64,000 nt of DNA. It comes from a bacterium. Lineage in GTDB: Bacteria > Patescibacteriota > Minisyncoccia > Phycocordibacterales > UBA6065. Location of the stretch: contig JAUXUT010000149.1 of the NCBI GenBank assembly GCA_030680695.1, forward strand, positions 469,768-533,767, given 5' to 3'. Position 1 is the first letter of the stretch. Each line of letters begins with the position of its first letter. A program made the position numbers and the translations under genes. The notes beneath the pieces were generated by a model. It did not search any database, was not told the DNA's origin, and worked only from the letters and a program-made list of their open reading frames with translations. Shown here piece after piece: positions 51,724-60,380 of this stretch.

Positions 51724-54495
51724 TTAACGGATTCCTAGGAATTTGGCAACCACGCCGATGATTAGGTGAATGAATGAACGCAGCCTGAAAAATGGTGATG
51801 CAATCTGATCAGGCTCTTCTGTATCAATGACATCAGGGACTGATACTGGAACTGGTTCAGACGCGGACGCAATAACATTACCGACGTGAGGCTCTTCAGG
51901 TGTATATATGCTGTCTATAATAATTAATGGATCTTCGGTGTTGCGCTGTCTTGCTCTGCCACTTGCACTTCCTCTTTCCTTTCTTGTTTGGTTGATAATC
52001 GGCTCGTCTATAACTGGCGATACCATTGGGACAAAGTCGTCGTCCTGAATAATCTCATCGATTATTCCATCGCCTTCCATATCGACGAGCAGAGCTGGAG
52101 GAGAATAGGTGTCACCAAAATCTATGTCTACTACTGTGGAAGATGCCATGGCTATATCCGTAAACATATATCCATCAATATCCACCGATATATGCTGATA
52201 TTCTTGGCCATCATTATCTGGGATTTCGTCGACATCAACAGATGAATCCTTAACTATTCTTATTAACCCGGTCCTTTTAATCGCCTCTGGCTCTGGTAAA
52301 GACACGTACCACACAGAACCGAACTGCCGAGCGTCCGCATCTACACCTTCTTCAACCTCTAATGCGTGGGTATCTGAATACAGGTAGATCTCTCGTTTAT
52401 CAACAAGTGTCTCCGGAAGATATGGTGCATCGTCGAACGGGTCCATTCCTGAGTAAGCGGGCGCGCTTAAAACATTTTTAATAAGGTTCCTGACTTCTGG
52501 AACTTCAAGAATGTCTGCGTGGTACCTGTTCTTTGCGAGCCCTCGCCCAGATGCCTCCAGGTCGAAAGTGTATTGGCTCACATTAGCAAACGCTGGCATT
52601 GCTAGTGCGCTATGCAACATAACCGTGCCGTCCCCATCAGTCGAGAACATTGGTTTATAACCGAAGATTCGCCTCCCGTATGACCAACCATCCTGGTATT
52701 TAATCCCTGTCACGGTCTCCCTTCCCCATCCTGCGATCTGTATAAGATTTATGACTGGCGGCACGACCCAATCGTCAAAATATGCGTGGGTTTCAGCTGC
52801 TTTCTGGATGAGGTTTGAATTCAAGATGCTTGGAGAATTAAGGTTCCGAGCATCCGGAGCTGAACGCTCATCACTCCCGGCAAAGAATCCATAAATCTCA
52901 CCGAGCGTCGATATACTGTTGCCGAAAATCTGCCTGAGATTTACGACTGAAGCATGTGAAGAAGACGTGCTAATTGATATTAGAGGCCTCTCGTCTAGTT
53001 CCATATATCGTTGCGATGGAAGCAGGTTGTATGCCGATGACATGTTCTGGCCGAGAGCCCTCGAAGCGGCGGTGGATGCCAATAAAGGTATACCTTCAGC
53101 GAAACCATGAAGAAGCGAGCCTATGGCTTGAGGCGTACCTATTTGTGGCACCGCAACAAATAAGATCCTGTCGATAAGACTCTCTTTGCTTTTGGTCTGA
53201 AGATAGTCTGTCAGTATCTTTGCGACTATGCCTCCATTAGAATGAGCGACAATTCCCACCCTTCCGGTGTACGAGCTGGATGCCATTGATCGTATAGTGT
53301 CGACAAGCGACCCAGGAGATTCATTTGAAACCAGAGACCTTGGATCAAGCCGCCAGTCATATGCAAAGGCTTCCCATCGCTCTATTTTTCCCGATTCTTG
53401 CATTGATTCCATATCAGACAAGAACGAACGATAAATATTAGGTCCCGAATTGTTGAGGAACACCTCCGCTATGACGTCTTGCGGCAACACATACACATCC
53501 TCGATACTATTGCCGAACTCATCAAGATAGAGCTTTTCTACATCCTTATTTCGATTGGGCTCCCAAAGACGGTTCTCGTTACCGTCATCGGAAACATATA
53601 ACCTAGAGGCCTTCAATCCGGGCAAAAACAGGATGCTTGAACAACAGGTTGGGGCGCCGTCTGTCAAAAACGGTAAAACCGTCGCAGAACCATATACATT
53701 TGCACCTCGTCCCCAAGGATGAAACGCGAGGTGATATGGGCCTGAATTATGTCCCCAGTAATTGTTTGGCGCATCCGCGTATTGGCCGTCTTCGACATAC
53801 AACCCATGGTGGCCACCAGCAGCTATACTGCTCCATTCCATGGTGAAACTCGAGTCACCGTTATCTCCACCATACACACTTATGGAATGCCCTGGTATGT
53901 CACTGAACGAGGAACTTGATATCCGCGCGTTCGCCCCGTACACTCCAACCCCCTGAATCATGCGGCGAAGGCTCGTTTCAGTGATATCGATAGATGCCCC
54001 ATCAAACCCCTGGATCGACCTTACACCGTCTATGGTTGCGTGTGTGATTGATATCGTTCCGCCAAAAGACATTAAACTACCCGTGCGCCATAGTTCATTA
54101 TCAGAAAACTGTGAACTTAAAGATGTGGTTGCGTTGGTCTGTCCATCTACAATCAAACTTCCAAGAACGATAATGGAACCCTCCCCGAATATGACCGATG
54201 CTCCAGCCTCAATGACGACTGACGCCCCCTCTTCGATTATTGTCGGGGTTGAGATGATATAAGGACTACCAGCAACGTCCCATCGCATGTCACCAGCTAT
54301 GGTTTCTGGTGCTGTAGTCTGGGCTTCGGCGTTTAAAACCCAAAAGAAACTAGCGATCGACAGTAGCAGAACGAGCACCCTCGCCCTCAGTCTTGGAATA
54401 TCCTGACAAGATAATACCCACCAAGCCGATAAGGATAATCGCGGCAAACGCGAGAGTGAACTTGAAGAACGTCTTGTTGAACATGCATTTATCAT
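51724..54495 (-). CDS. large secreted protein: N-terminal right-handed beta-helix region fused to LCAT/PDAT-like (PF02450-type) alpha/beta-hydrolase lipase/acyltransferase domain, acidic C-terminal region and C-terminal hydrophobic anchor
   Basis: AYDWRLDP (LCAT PYDWRLEP), GRVGIVAHSNGG (GHSxG nucleophile), DGDGTV (LCAT catalytic Asp block), YHADIL (His); signal peptide RLRAR-VLVLLLSIASFFWVL-NAEA; N-terminal 40 aa of track ORF look non-protein-like (see findings). Confidence 0.7.
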   Translation of the reverse strand: MINACSTRRSSSSLSRLPRLSLSAWWVLSCQDIPRLRARVLVLLLSIASFFWVLNAEAQTTAPETIAGDMRWDVAGSPYIISTPTIIEEGASVVIEAGASVIFGEGSIIVLGSLIVDGQTNATTSLSSQFSDNELWRTGSLMSFGGTISITHATIDGVRSIQGFDGASIDITETSLRRMIQGVGVYGANARISSSSFSDIPGHSISVYGGDNGDSSFTMEWSSIAAGGHHGLYVEDGQYADAPNNYWGHNSGPYHLAFHPWGRGANVYGSATVLPFLTDGAPTCCSSILFLPGLKASRLYVSDDGNENRLWEPNRNKDVEKLYLDEFGNSIEDVYVLPQDVIAEVFLNNSGPNIYRSFLSDMESMQESGKIERWEAFAYDWRLDPRSLVSNESPGSLVDTIRSMASSSYTGRVGIVAHSNGGIVAKILTDYLQTKSKESLIDRILFVAVPQIGTPQAIGSLLHGFAEGIPLLASTAASRALGQNMSSAYNLLPSQRYMELDERPLISISTSSSHASVVNLRQIFGNSISTLGEIYGFFAGSDERSAPDARNLNSPSILNSNLIQKAAETHAYFDDWVVPPVINLIQIAGWGRETVTGIKYQDGWSYGRRIFGYKPMFSTDGDGTVMLHSALAMPAFANVSQYTFDLEASGRGLAKNRYHADILEVPEVRNLIKNVLSAPAYSGMDPFDDAPYLPETLVDKREIYLYSDTHALEVEEGVDADARQFGSVWYVSLPEPEAIKRTGLIRIVKDSSVDVDEIPDNDGQEYQHISVDIDGYMFTDIAMASSTVVDIDFGDTYSPPALLVDMEGDGIIDEIIQDDDFVPMVSPVIDEPIINQTRKERGSASGRARQRNTEDPLIIIDSIYTPEEPHVGNVIASASEPVPVSVPDVIDTEEPDQIASPFFRLRSFIHLIIGVVAKFLGIR

Positions 54496-54501
54496 AACAT
54501 C

Positions 54502-55719
54502 TCATCGATTATCGAGTGCCTTAATAAATGCCGTCTTCACAGAGTCAAAATCCATTCCATGTGGAAGAAGTATGTACGGATCAATGAAATGTGGCATCGC
54601 CTGAGAAAGGATCTTGCCCCCAGCATCAATCAAAAACACTGGGTGGTCACTCGTACCAGGAACAACCCCTGCAAAAGCAACGGTGATCGAGGATAGCGGC
54701 GGCAGGATGGTGTCACTAGCGATAAAGAATTTCTTACTCCCATATGCGAGTGTCATGCCGCCGACATTTACTTCGTTTGCATTGGGATTAATAAGTTCGA
54801 CCCTGCCTTTTTCAACAGTACCGATGCTGATATTTGGATCAACAATCTTCACCAACACCTTTGATACTGCAGATGCGCCGAGTAATCGGCTGTTGAGTAT
54901 CACTATGTAATCCCCGGGAAATGTATAGGGATGAGAAGTCATTGTGCCCTGAGCATGAGAACCATCACCGAAAGACCAACGATGTTCGACGGGCGAGGTT
55001 GATCCTTTCGACTTCTTTATCTTGGCCTCGAACAGAAGTGGTGAATTTGTGAAGCCTAGTCTGTCGCGGCCGGAAGTGACTTCGAGTTCAACCACATCAG
55101 TTGACCTGTTTGCGACAGATTGATTGTCATGCGCTGAAACGCCGGACACTGAAGAGGATGCGACATTCCCGACCCCTGAATCAGGCAGATTTTCGACTTC
55201 TGGAAGCTGACTTTCGGACGCTATAGTTGGCCCTCCTAGTGTTGGGGTAGCTGCAATCCATCTTCCGTCATCAGTCTTTTGAAGCGACAATCCGTCGCCT
55301 TGTGCTCCCCATTCACTCGAATAAGAGACTGTGTCCACGTCATTTCCTTCCGGTGAACGCATGACGATGGTTTCGGCTGAAGAAAGAGAAAAAGCGCTGT
55401 CGAATAACAAGCCTGTGTAACCGGGATTATCGATCAAAAACTTCGATGTATTGTCTGCGATAATCGCATAGCCACCAGAAGGAACGGCTAATTCAGATGT
55501 TGCGGTTATTTTGTGCGCCACTGACGCCTCGAAAAACTTCCAGACAGTAAGGTCTTGCGCTGTGGTGCCTTTATTATGAACCTCAATCCATTCCCTTCCC
55601 GTATCCGTTCCTGGCACGTCATACATGATTTCGGTTATTTCGAATTCAGCATGAACAACTAAAGGAACAAAACATGATGCGAGGCAAAAGCACGCCGAGA
55701 TTGCGAAATTTTTCTGCAT
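54502..55719 (-). CDS. secreted lamin-tail-domain (LTD) protein with two LTD-like modules
   Basis: signal peptide; EIMYDVPGTDTGREWIEVHNKGTTAQDLTVWKF canonical LTD motif; C-terminal VELINPNANEVNVGGMTLAY. Confidence 0.7.
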   Translation of the reverse strand: MQKNFAISACFCLASCFVPLVVHAEFEITEIMYDVPGTDTGREWIEVHNKGTTAQDLTVWKFFEASVAHKITATSELAVPSGGYAIIADNTSKFLIDNPGYTGLLFDSAFSLSSAETIVMRSPEGNDVDTVSYSSEWGAQGDGLSLQKTDDGRWIAATPTLGGPTIASESQLPEVENLPDSGVGNVASSSVSGVSAHDNQSVANRSTDVVELEVTSGRDRLGFTNSPLLFEAKIKKSKGSTSPVEHRWSFGDGSHAQGTMTSHPYTFPGDYIVILNSRLLGASAVSKVLVKIVDPNISIGTVEKGRVELINPNANEVNVGGMTLAYGSKKFFIASDTILPPLSSITVAFAGVVPGTSDHPVFLIDAGGKILSQAMPHFIDPYILLPHGMDFDSVKTAFIKALDNR

Positions 55720-55744
55720 ATTCGTTCTTTATTTATCCTGATAA

Positions 55745-55780
55745 ACAAAAACCGCCCGACATATGTCGGGCGGTTTTTTG
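55745..55780. terminator. bidirectional intrinsic terminator
   Basis: caaaaaccgcccgac-atat-gtcgggcggtttttt. Confidence 0.6.
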
Positions 55781-55871
55781 AGATCGTTGATCGGTATCTC
55801 ATGCAAGCATCATACCCTATCGAGATAAAGGGAAACTGAAGGAATCCTCAAATCCCATACTGGACCACGAA

Positions 55872-56843
55872 TCAATAGTTTATCTGCGCAACAATCAATC
55901 CCTGAGCATCATACAACGTGATTGTCTCACGGCTCTGCGCCCACATCTCGCGTGGCTTGCCAAGGAACACGCGCCATTGATTTGTGGCGAATCCTGACAG
56001 ACTTTTGTTGTTTGCTACGCACTGCGCATATCCAACACGCTCGCGAATGAATGTCTTGCACTGGCTACCGATCTCGTCGAAACGCTTGGTGTCTGTCTTG
56101 GTTGGGTCCTGGCATCGGCTCACGGTACGCAGATAGCTGTAACACTGATCCGTCATTGTCCGTACAAGAGGGTCCGACATGATCAGTGGACACGAAAGCG
56201 ATGCGCGCGGGGTGAACGGATATGTATCGAGGTATCCAAGGCAGATGTTTTCACGAAAACTCGTGTTGATCGAAAGCGAGTATCCAGTGAATGGCCCGCC
56301 GGTCGTGACAATTGCCCTGTCACCTTTCTGAAGAACGATGTTTCCCGTAGTGAAACGTCCGTCAGGTGAAAGAAACTCGGTACCGACACCAATGATCGCA
56401 GATTCAGCTGACGGATAAACATATGTATTCTGGCTCGTCTCGATTGGGCGCGAACCCTTGCCGTTCTCGAGCTTCCACCCCGTTATCGATACTGGCCCCG
56501 TGCCACGATTCTGGATAATCACATGTTCTTCGAAAGGCTGTATGGCACTTGAAGCATTCCCGGTCGAGAGTGTCACCGATCCCGCATATGGCGAGCGGCC
56601 CTTACCATCAGTGTTTGGAACATTTGAACCAGAGCCAGTAGAAATATTCTTCGTGAAATCCAGGAGCGGATTGGTATGGCCCGAATACTGATCAAGCGAG
56701 CCCTGCCCCGAATCAGGAATCCTTATGCCTCCTCCCTCACCCCCGAGCGCCGGCACATATTGCGCCATCTTGGCGAGCACAATAAATGCCACGATTCCAG
56801 CCACAATAATAACGAGCGCCGCCTTTAAGAATCCTTTTTCCAT
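55872..56843 (-). CDS. secreted LTD-like protein with Cys-rich C-terminal domain
   Basis: start at MEKGFLKAALVIIVAGIV signal anchor; VIIQNRGTGPVSITGWKLENGKG LTD-like; 6 Cys in C-terminal 110 aa. Confidence 0.55.
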   Translation of the reverse strand: MEKGFLKAALVIIVAGIVAFIVLAKMAQYVPALGGEGGGIRIPDSGQGSLDQYSGHTNPLLDFTKNISTGSGSNVPNTDGKGRSPYAGSVTLSTGNASSAIQPFEEHVIIQNRGTGPVSITGWKLENGKGSRPIETSQNTYVYPSAESAIIGVGTEFLSPDGRFTTGNIVLQKGDRAIVTTGGPFTGYSLSINTSFRENICLGYLDTYPFTPRASLSCPLIMSDPLVRTMTDQCYSYLRTVSRCQDPTKTDTKRFDEIGSQCKTFIRERVGYAQCVANNKSLSGFATNQWRVFLGKPREMWAQSRETITLYDAQGLIVAQINY

Positions 56844-56858
56844 ACCAACATTATAAAG

Positions 56859-56886
56859 CAAAAACCACCCTTGCGGGTGGTTTTTG
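56859..56886. terminator. bidirectional intrinsic terminator
   Basis: aaaaaccaccc-ttgc-gggtggttttt. Confidence 0.6.
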
Positions 56887-56933
56887 CTTTCTAAGCTAGA
56901 CGAATCCTGAGATTGTCCGCCGTCCAAGTTCCG

Positions 56934-58790
56934 TTAAGGAAGCTGGATGGTCGAAGTCCTCCAGTCTACGTTGCCAGCCATGAAGTTGCTTACAGCGTCA
57001 GTAGAACCGGTCTTCCAAGTAACAGACTCAAGTCCTACAGCGTACGATCCGAGGTCAAGGCCGTTTCCAATGAATACGGTCTCGACTGGGAGAGTAATTT
57101 CACGCTCCTCCTGGAGGGTGAAACCGTTAGCTCCGTAAGCGAGGACTCCGGTAGAAGGGGCTGAGAAGCTGGTGCTCGACGCAACCGAAGTTCCGAGGAG
57201 TGTACCACCCTTATAGATCCTGAAGCCGAAGGTCGTCGAAGCTGACTGACCGTCGAAGCTAACCGCTCCGCCGAGGGCCTTGATCCTGAGATCGAAGGTT
57301 GCCTTAACAGTAGTGGTTGAGCTGTTAGCAATCTCTGCGCTCTGAGACTTGTTGATGGTCTTAGATACGAGAGTGAACTGAGGACCTACGTTTCGAACGT
57401 ACATGGTCTCACCAACAGCAGTTCCGCTAGCAACAACAGTGTCGCCAACAGAGTTCTCAATCGAAGGAGTTACGCTTGCGACCGTGAAGGTTGCAACCGT
57501 ACCGTTAGCCTGTCGAATGTCTGCACGAACCGAGAAAGTCTTGGTAGCATCCTTTGCAATCGACACGTCGATATCATCGAACGAAGCGGTACCATCGGCA
57601 TTGACAGAGTCAGTTGCGATGACATTAGATCCGTCCATGAGGTATACGGTCGAAGTGGTTGCATTACCGGTTCCACCCTTAGTGATAGCGATAGCGATAT
57701 CGGTTACAAGGAGGTTGTCCTTAGAAGCCTTGATATCGAATGCTACGAGAGGAAGTCGGTCAAGTTCATTGTCCTGTGAGCCTTCCGATGCGATTACCTC
57801 GGCCTTCTTGAAGTTAGACGAGTTGATCGTAAGGGTTGCGCTTGCAGAGTCAATGAGAGATGGGGAGATGCTGATCGTCTGAGAAACAGAAGATCCAGTT
57901 GATGGAGAGTACTGATCAATACCTGCGCCGTCAACGCCGCGAACGCCTTTGTCTGCGAGAGTAATTGTTCGGTTGCCCTGATCATCTGTCTTTACCGATC
58001 CGTAGATATCAGCCTTGACCGTAAGAACCTTTGAAGAGTTCCTTGGGACAATGTAGCTGAATCCACCGAGGGTGAGGTAGTACCTACCACCATCCCTTAC
58101 TACAGTGTTCGAGTTGAGGTCAGCCTGAGCAAGAACTCGACCTGCGTCATCGACGAGGTAGAGAGCCTGATAGACCTTGGTGTAGACCGCGGTTGAAGCA
58201 CCGAGATCAAGCTTAACGCGCTGGACTGCGATGTCAGAGACCTTAGCCTCAACCTTGAAGGCGAGGATAGATCGCATCGAGTCTCCTTCGTAAGCAGTGG
58301 TGTTCGATACAGCAGCCTTGTTGACAGTGAGGGTTCCCTCAATGCCAGTGTTGACTACGGTACCGACTCCAGGGGTGACTACGGTCGTCGAGCTACCCTT
58401 GTTGAGTTCCGCTCGGGTGAGTGGACCAACATAACCGGTAGCAGGAACGCCCTTAGACGCCTGGTATGACTGAACAGCTGCCTTCGTGATAGCACCGAAG
58501 TATCCCGTTGCTGGCGATACACCGAGCATATTCTGAAGCGAGGTAACATCTGCACCCGTAGAACCTACAGTGAGGTCGCGAGTGTAAGAAACCGACGCCG
58601 ACGAGGTAACTGCTGCCTTGGCTGCCGCTGCCTTGTCAGGAGCGATGATTCCGAGGCTGATGAAGAGGTCAACGAGCTGCGACAGGTTCATAGCCTGAGC
58701 ATTCGCAACTGGAGCCGCGACACCTGCGATGAGAGCGAGAGCGAGGCCGAGGCCTACGACTGCTGCTCCAATCTTATTGATTTTGAACAT
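56934..58790 (-). CDS. S-layer-like surface protein with N-terminal peptidoglycan-binding (PG_binding_1) domain and Thr/Ser/Val-rich beta-rich body
   Basis: signal peptide MFKINKIGAAVVGLGLALALIAGVAAPVANA; DLTVGSTGADVTSLQNMLGVSPATGYFGAITKAAVQSYQASKGVPATGYVGPLTRAEL PG-binding motif. Confidence 0.65.
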   Translation of the reverse strand: MFKINKIGAAVVGLGLALALIAGVAAPVANAQAMNLSQLVDLFISLGIIAPDKAAAAKAAVTSSASVSYTRDLTVGSTGADVTSLQNMLGVSPATGYFGAITKAAVQSYQASKGVPATGYVGPLTRAELNKGSSTTVVTPGVGTVVNTGIEGTLTVNKAAVSNTTAYEGDSMRSILAFKVEAKVSDIAVQRVKLDLGASTAVYTKVYQALYLVDDAGRVLAQADLNSNTVVRDGGRYYLTLGGFSYIVPRNSSKVLTVKADIYGSVKTDDQGNRTITLADKGVRGVDGAGIDQYSPSTGSSVSQTISISPSLIDSASATLTINSSNFKKAEVIASEGSQDNELDRLPLVAFDIKASKDNLLVTDIAIAITKGGTGNATTSTVYLMDGSNVIATDSVNADGTASFDDIDVSIAKDATKTFSVRADIRQANGTVATFTVASVTPSIENSVGDTVVASGTAVGETMYVRNVGPQFTLVSKTINKSQSAEIANSSTTTVKATFDLRIKALGGAVSFDGQSASTTFGFRIYKGGTLLGTSVASSTSFSAPSTGVLAYGANGFTLQEEREITLPVETVFIGNGLDLGSYAVGLESVTWKTGSTDAVSNFMAGNVDWRTSTIQLP

Positions 58791-58942
58791 TTGTGTTGTG
58801 TACTTCTTAGTAATGAGAAACGAGCGCGACGGAGTAACTTGTAAAGTGCCGTCATCGATCGTCCCCGTTAACTGCCGATTAATCGAACTCAATTCCGTCC
58901 GTGCTTCGACGGCGACGAACAGAATCGTTGCGCGCGCCCTAC

Positions 58943-58964
58943 GATGCACTAATTAAAGTGCATC
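58943..58964. promoter_or_regulatory. perfect 8-6-8 palindrome GATGCACT-AATTAA-AGTGCATC in long 5' leader/promoter region of S-layer-like gene (candidate operator)
   Basis: read directly; further hairpins GGCCCATTTG-TGTG-CAAATGGGCC at 59247-59272. Confidence 0.3.
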
Positions 58965-59352
58965 GCGTTGCGCCGCCACTATTCCCTCTTCTTTATTTCC
59001 TATCGACAATTTTCATCATCGACAGATCGACACAAAGAGAAGGGATAGTTGGTGAGGGTTATTGGTCATGCAGTAATGCGGTGTTCGGTCCGGGAACGAA
59101 TCTGGATTCGGTTGGTATGAAATCGCTTTTCGGTTTTCAAAGTTCCGGAATTGGTTCAGCAGTTCTTATCATAGAGTCTGAAAGAAACTGAACCTCTGGA
59201 GCGTAGCAACTGACTTGCGCCAGTTGCATACGTATAAGTATATAATCTGGCCCATTTGTGTGCAAATGGGCCCAAACAGGGATACTTGTGGATAATCCTA
59301 CCCACCCCCTTAGTATATACCAAAAAGGGCCAAAAATCAAGCCCTGACCTTT

Positions 59353-60186
59353 TTAGGCAATAGAATAGGTGCTCCAGCGGCGCTCCCCTTCTTTTTTGAT
59401 GGTTCCGGCGGCGACCATGGCCAAAAGCTCCCTTTGGATGGTTTTCTCGCTCACTCCTTTTATAGATCCTACAAAGTCCTTGATTCCGAGGCCTGATTGC
59501 TTGGAAAGGAGCTTCAGTATGGTTCCCTGTCGGTCGTCCTTTGAGTCTTTCGGGTCTTTTATGTGTGTGTCCTTTACTGGGCGCAGTGCGTGCGCGACTG
59601 GTTTTTGCTCGTGTCCTTTATAAAGGACATTGTGTGTCGGAACGATTGGCGCAGCAGCCTGGACGGGGGTATGAGTATGAGGAGTGTGAGAAGCGTGGGT
59701 TGCGTGAGTGGTGTGAGTGGTGCGCGGCGTATCGAAAAAGTCAGGGTTGAGAATGACTGTCTCCTCGTTCGCCTTCTTGTTCTCGTCTTTTTCCATAGTA
59801 GAAACAAGACCGTTGAATTCGCGCGACAGAACATTGAAGTTCATCTCCGAAATAAGCCCTGAATGCTGGGCAATGGATGCGAGGGAAACTATTTCAATCG
59901 AGTGGGCCTGGTAGTCCTTGAGAAGACTGCGTCGTTCTGCAAGCGATACTGTATTGAACGACATGTTGAGTTCAAGGAGTGAAAGGGCCTTCTCGCGTAT
60001 CTTCCATTTGAGAGGCTCGCCATCCTTGATGAAGTTCGTGATCATGTAAACCGCCGTCACCAGTTTCTCTGTCTTTTTGTAGATATACGCGAAATGGTGG
60101 TTATGGTTGAAAACCATAAGACCGCCGAGCTTACCCTGCTCTGCGATGGCGCCTTCTTTATGTCCTTCAGATTGGTTTCCCTCCAT
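59353..60186 (-). CDS. hypothetical regulator with C-terminal winged HTH and His/Thr-rich linker
   Basis: C-terminal DFVGSIKGVSEKTIQRELLAMVAAGTIKKEGERRWSTYSI; linker TTHTTHATHASHTPHTHTP. Confidence 0.45.
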   Translation of the reverse strand: MEGNQSEGHKEGAIAEQGKLGGLMVFNHNHHFAYIYKKTEKLVTAVYMITNFIKDGEPLKWKIREKALSLLELNMSFNTVSLAERRSLLKDYQAHSIEIVSLASIAQHSGLISEMNFNVLSREFNGLVSTMEKDENKKANEETVILNPDFFDTPRTTHTTHATHASHTPHTHTPVQAAAPIVPTHNVLYKGHEQKPVAHALRPVKDTHIKDPKDSKDDRQGTILKLLSKQSGLGIKDFVGSIKGVSEKTIQRELLAMVAAGTIKKEGERRWSTYSIA

Positions 60187-60360
60187 ATGGCTTTAAATAA
60201 TAGGTTTAAGGTCTGTCTTTTAACCCTGTCCTTGTTGCGGACGTCATAATTTGTCCTTTTAACAATATGTCTTTTATTGAAATCTGTCAAGTGACGATGT
60301 CCATTATATGTCCGAGATATAAAAGACGCAATGGGACAAAGAACCTGAGAATGGCTCGCG

Positions 60361-60369
60361 TGATATAAT
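60361..60369 (+). promoter_or_regulatory. extended -10 element TGaTATAAT for ftsK, 12 nt before ATG (near-leaderless)
   Basis: gcgTGaTATAATtgaagccatctATG. Confidence 0.35.
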
Positions 60370-60380
60370 TGAAGCCATCT

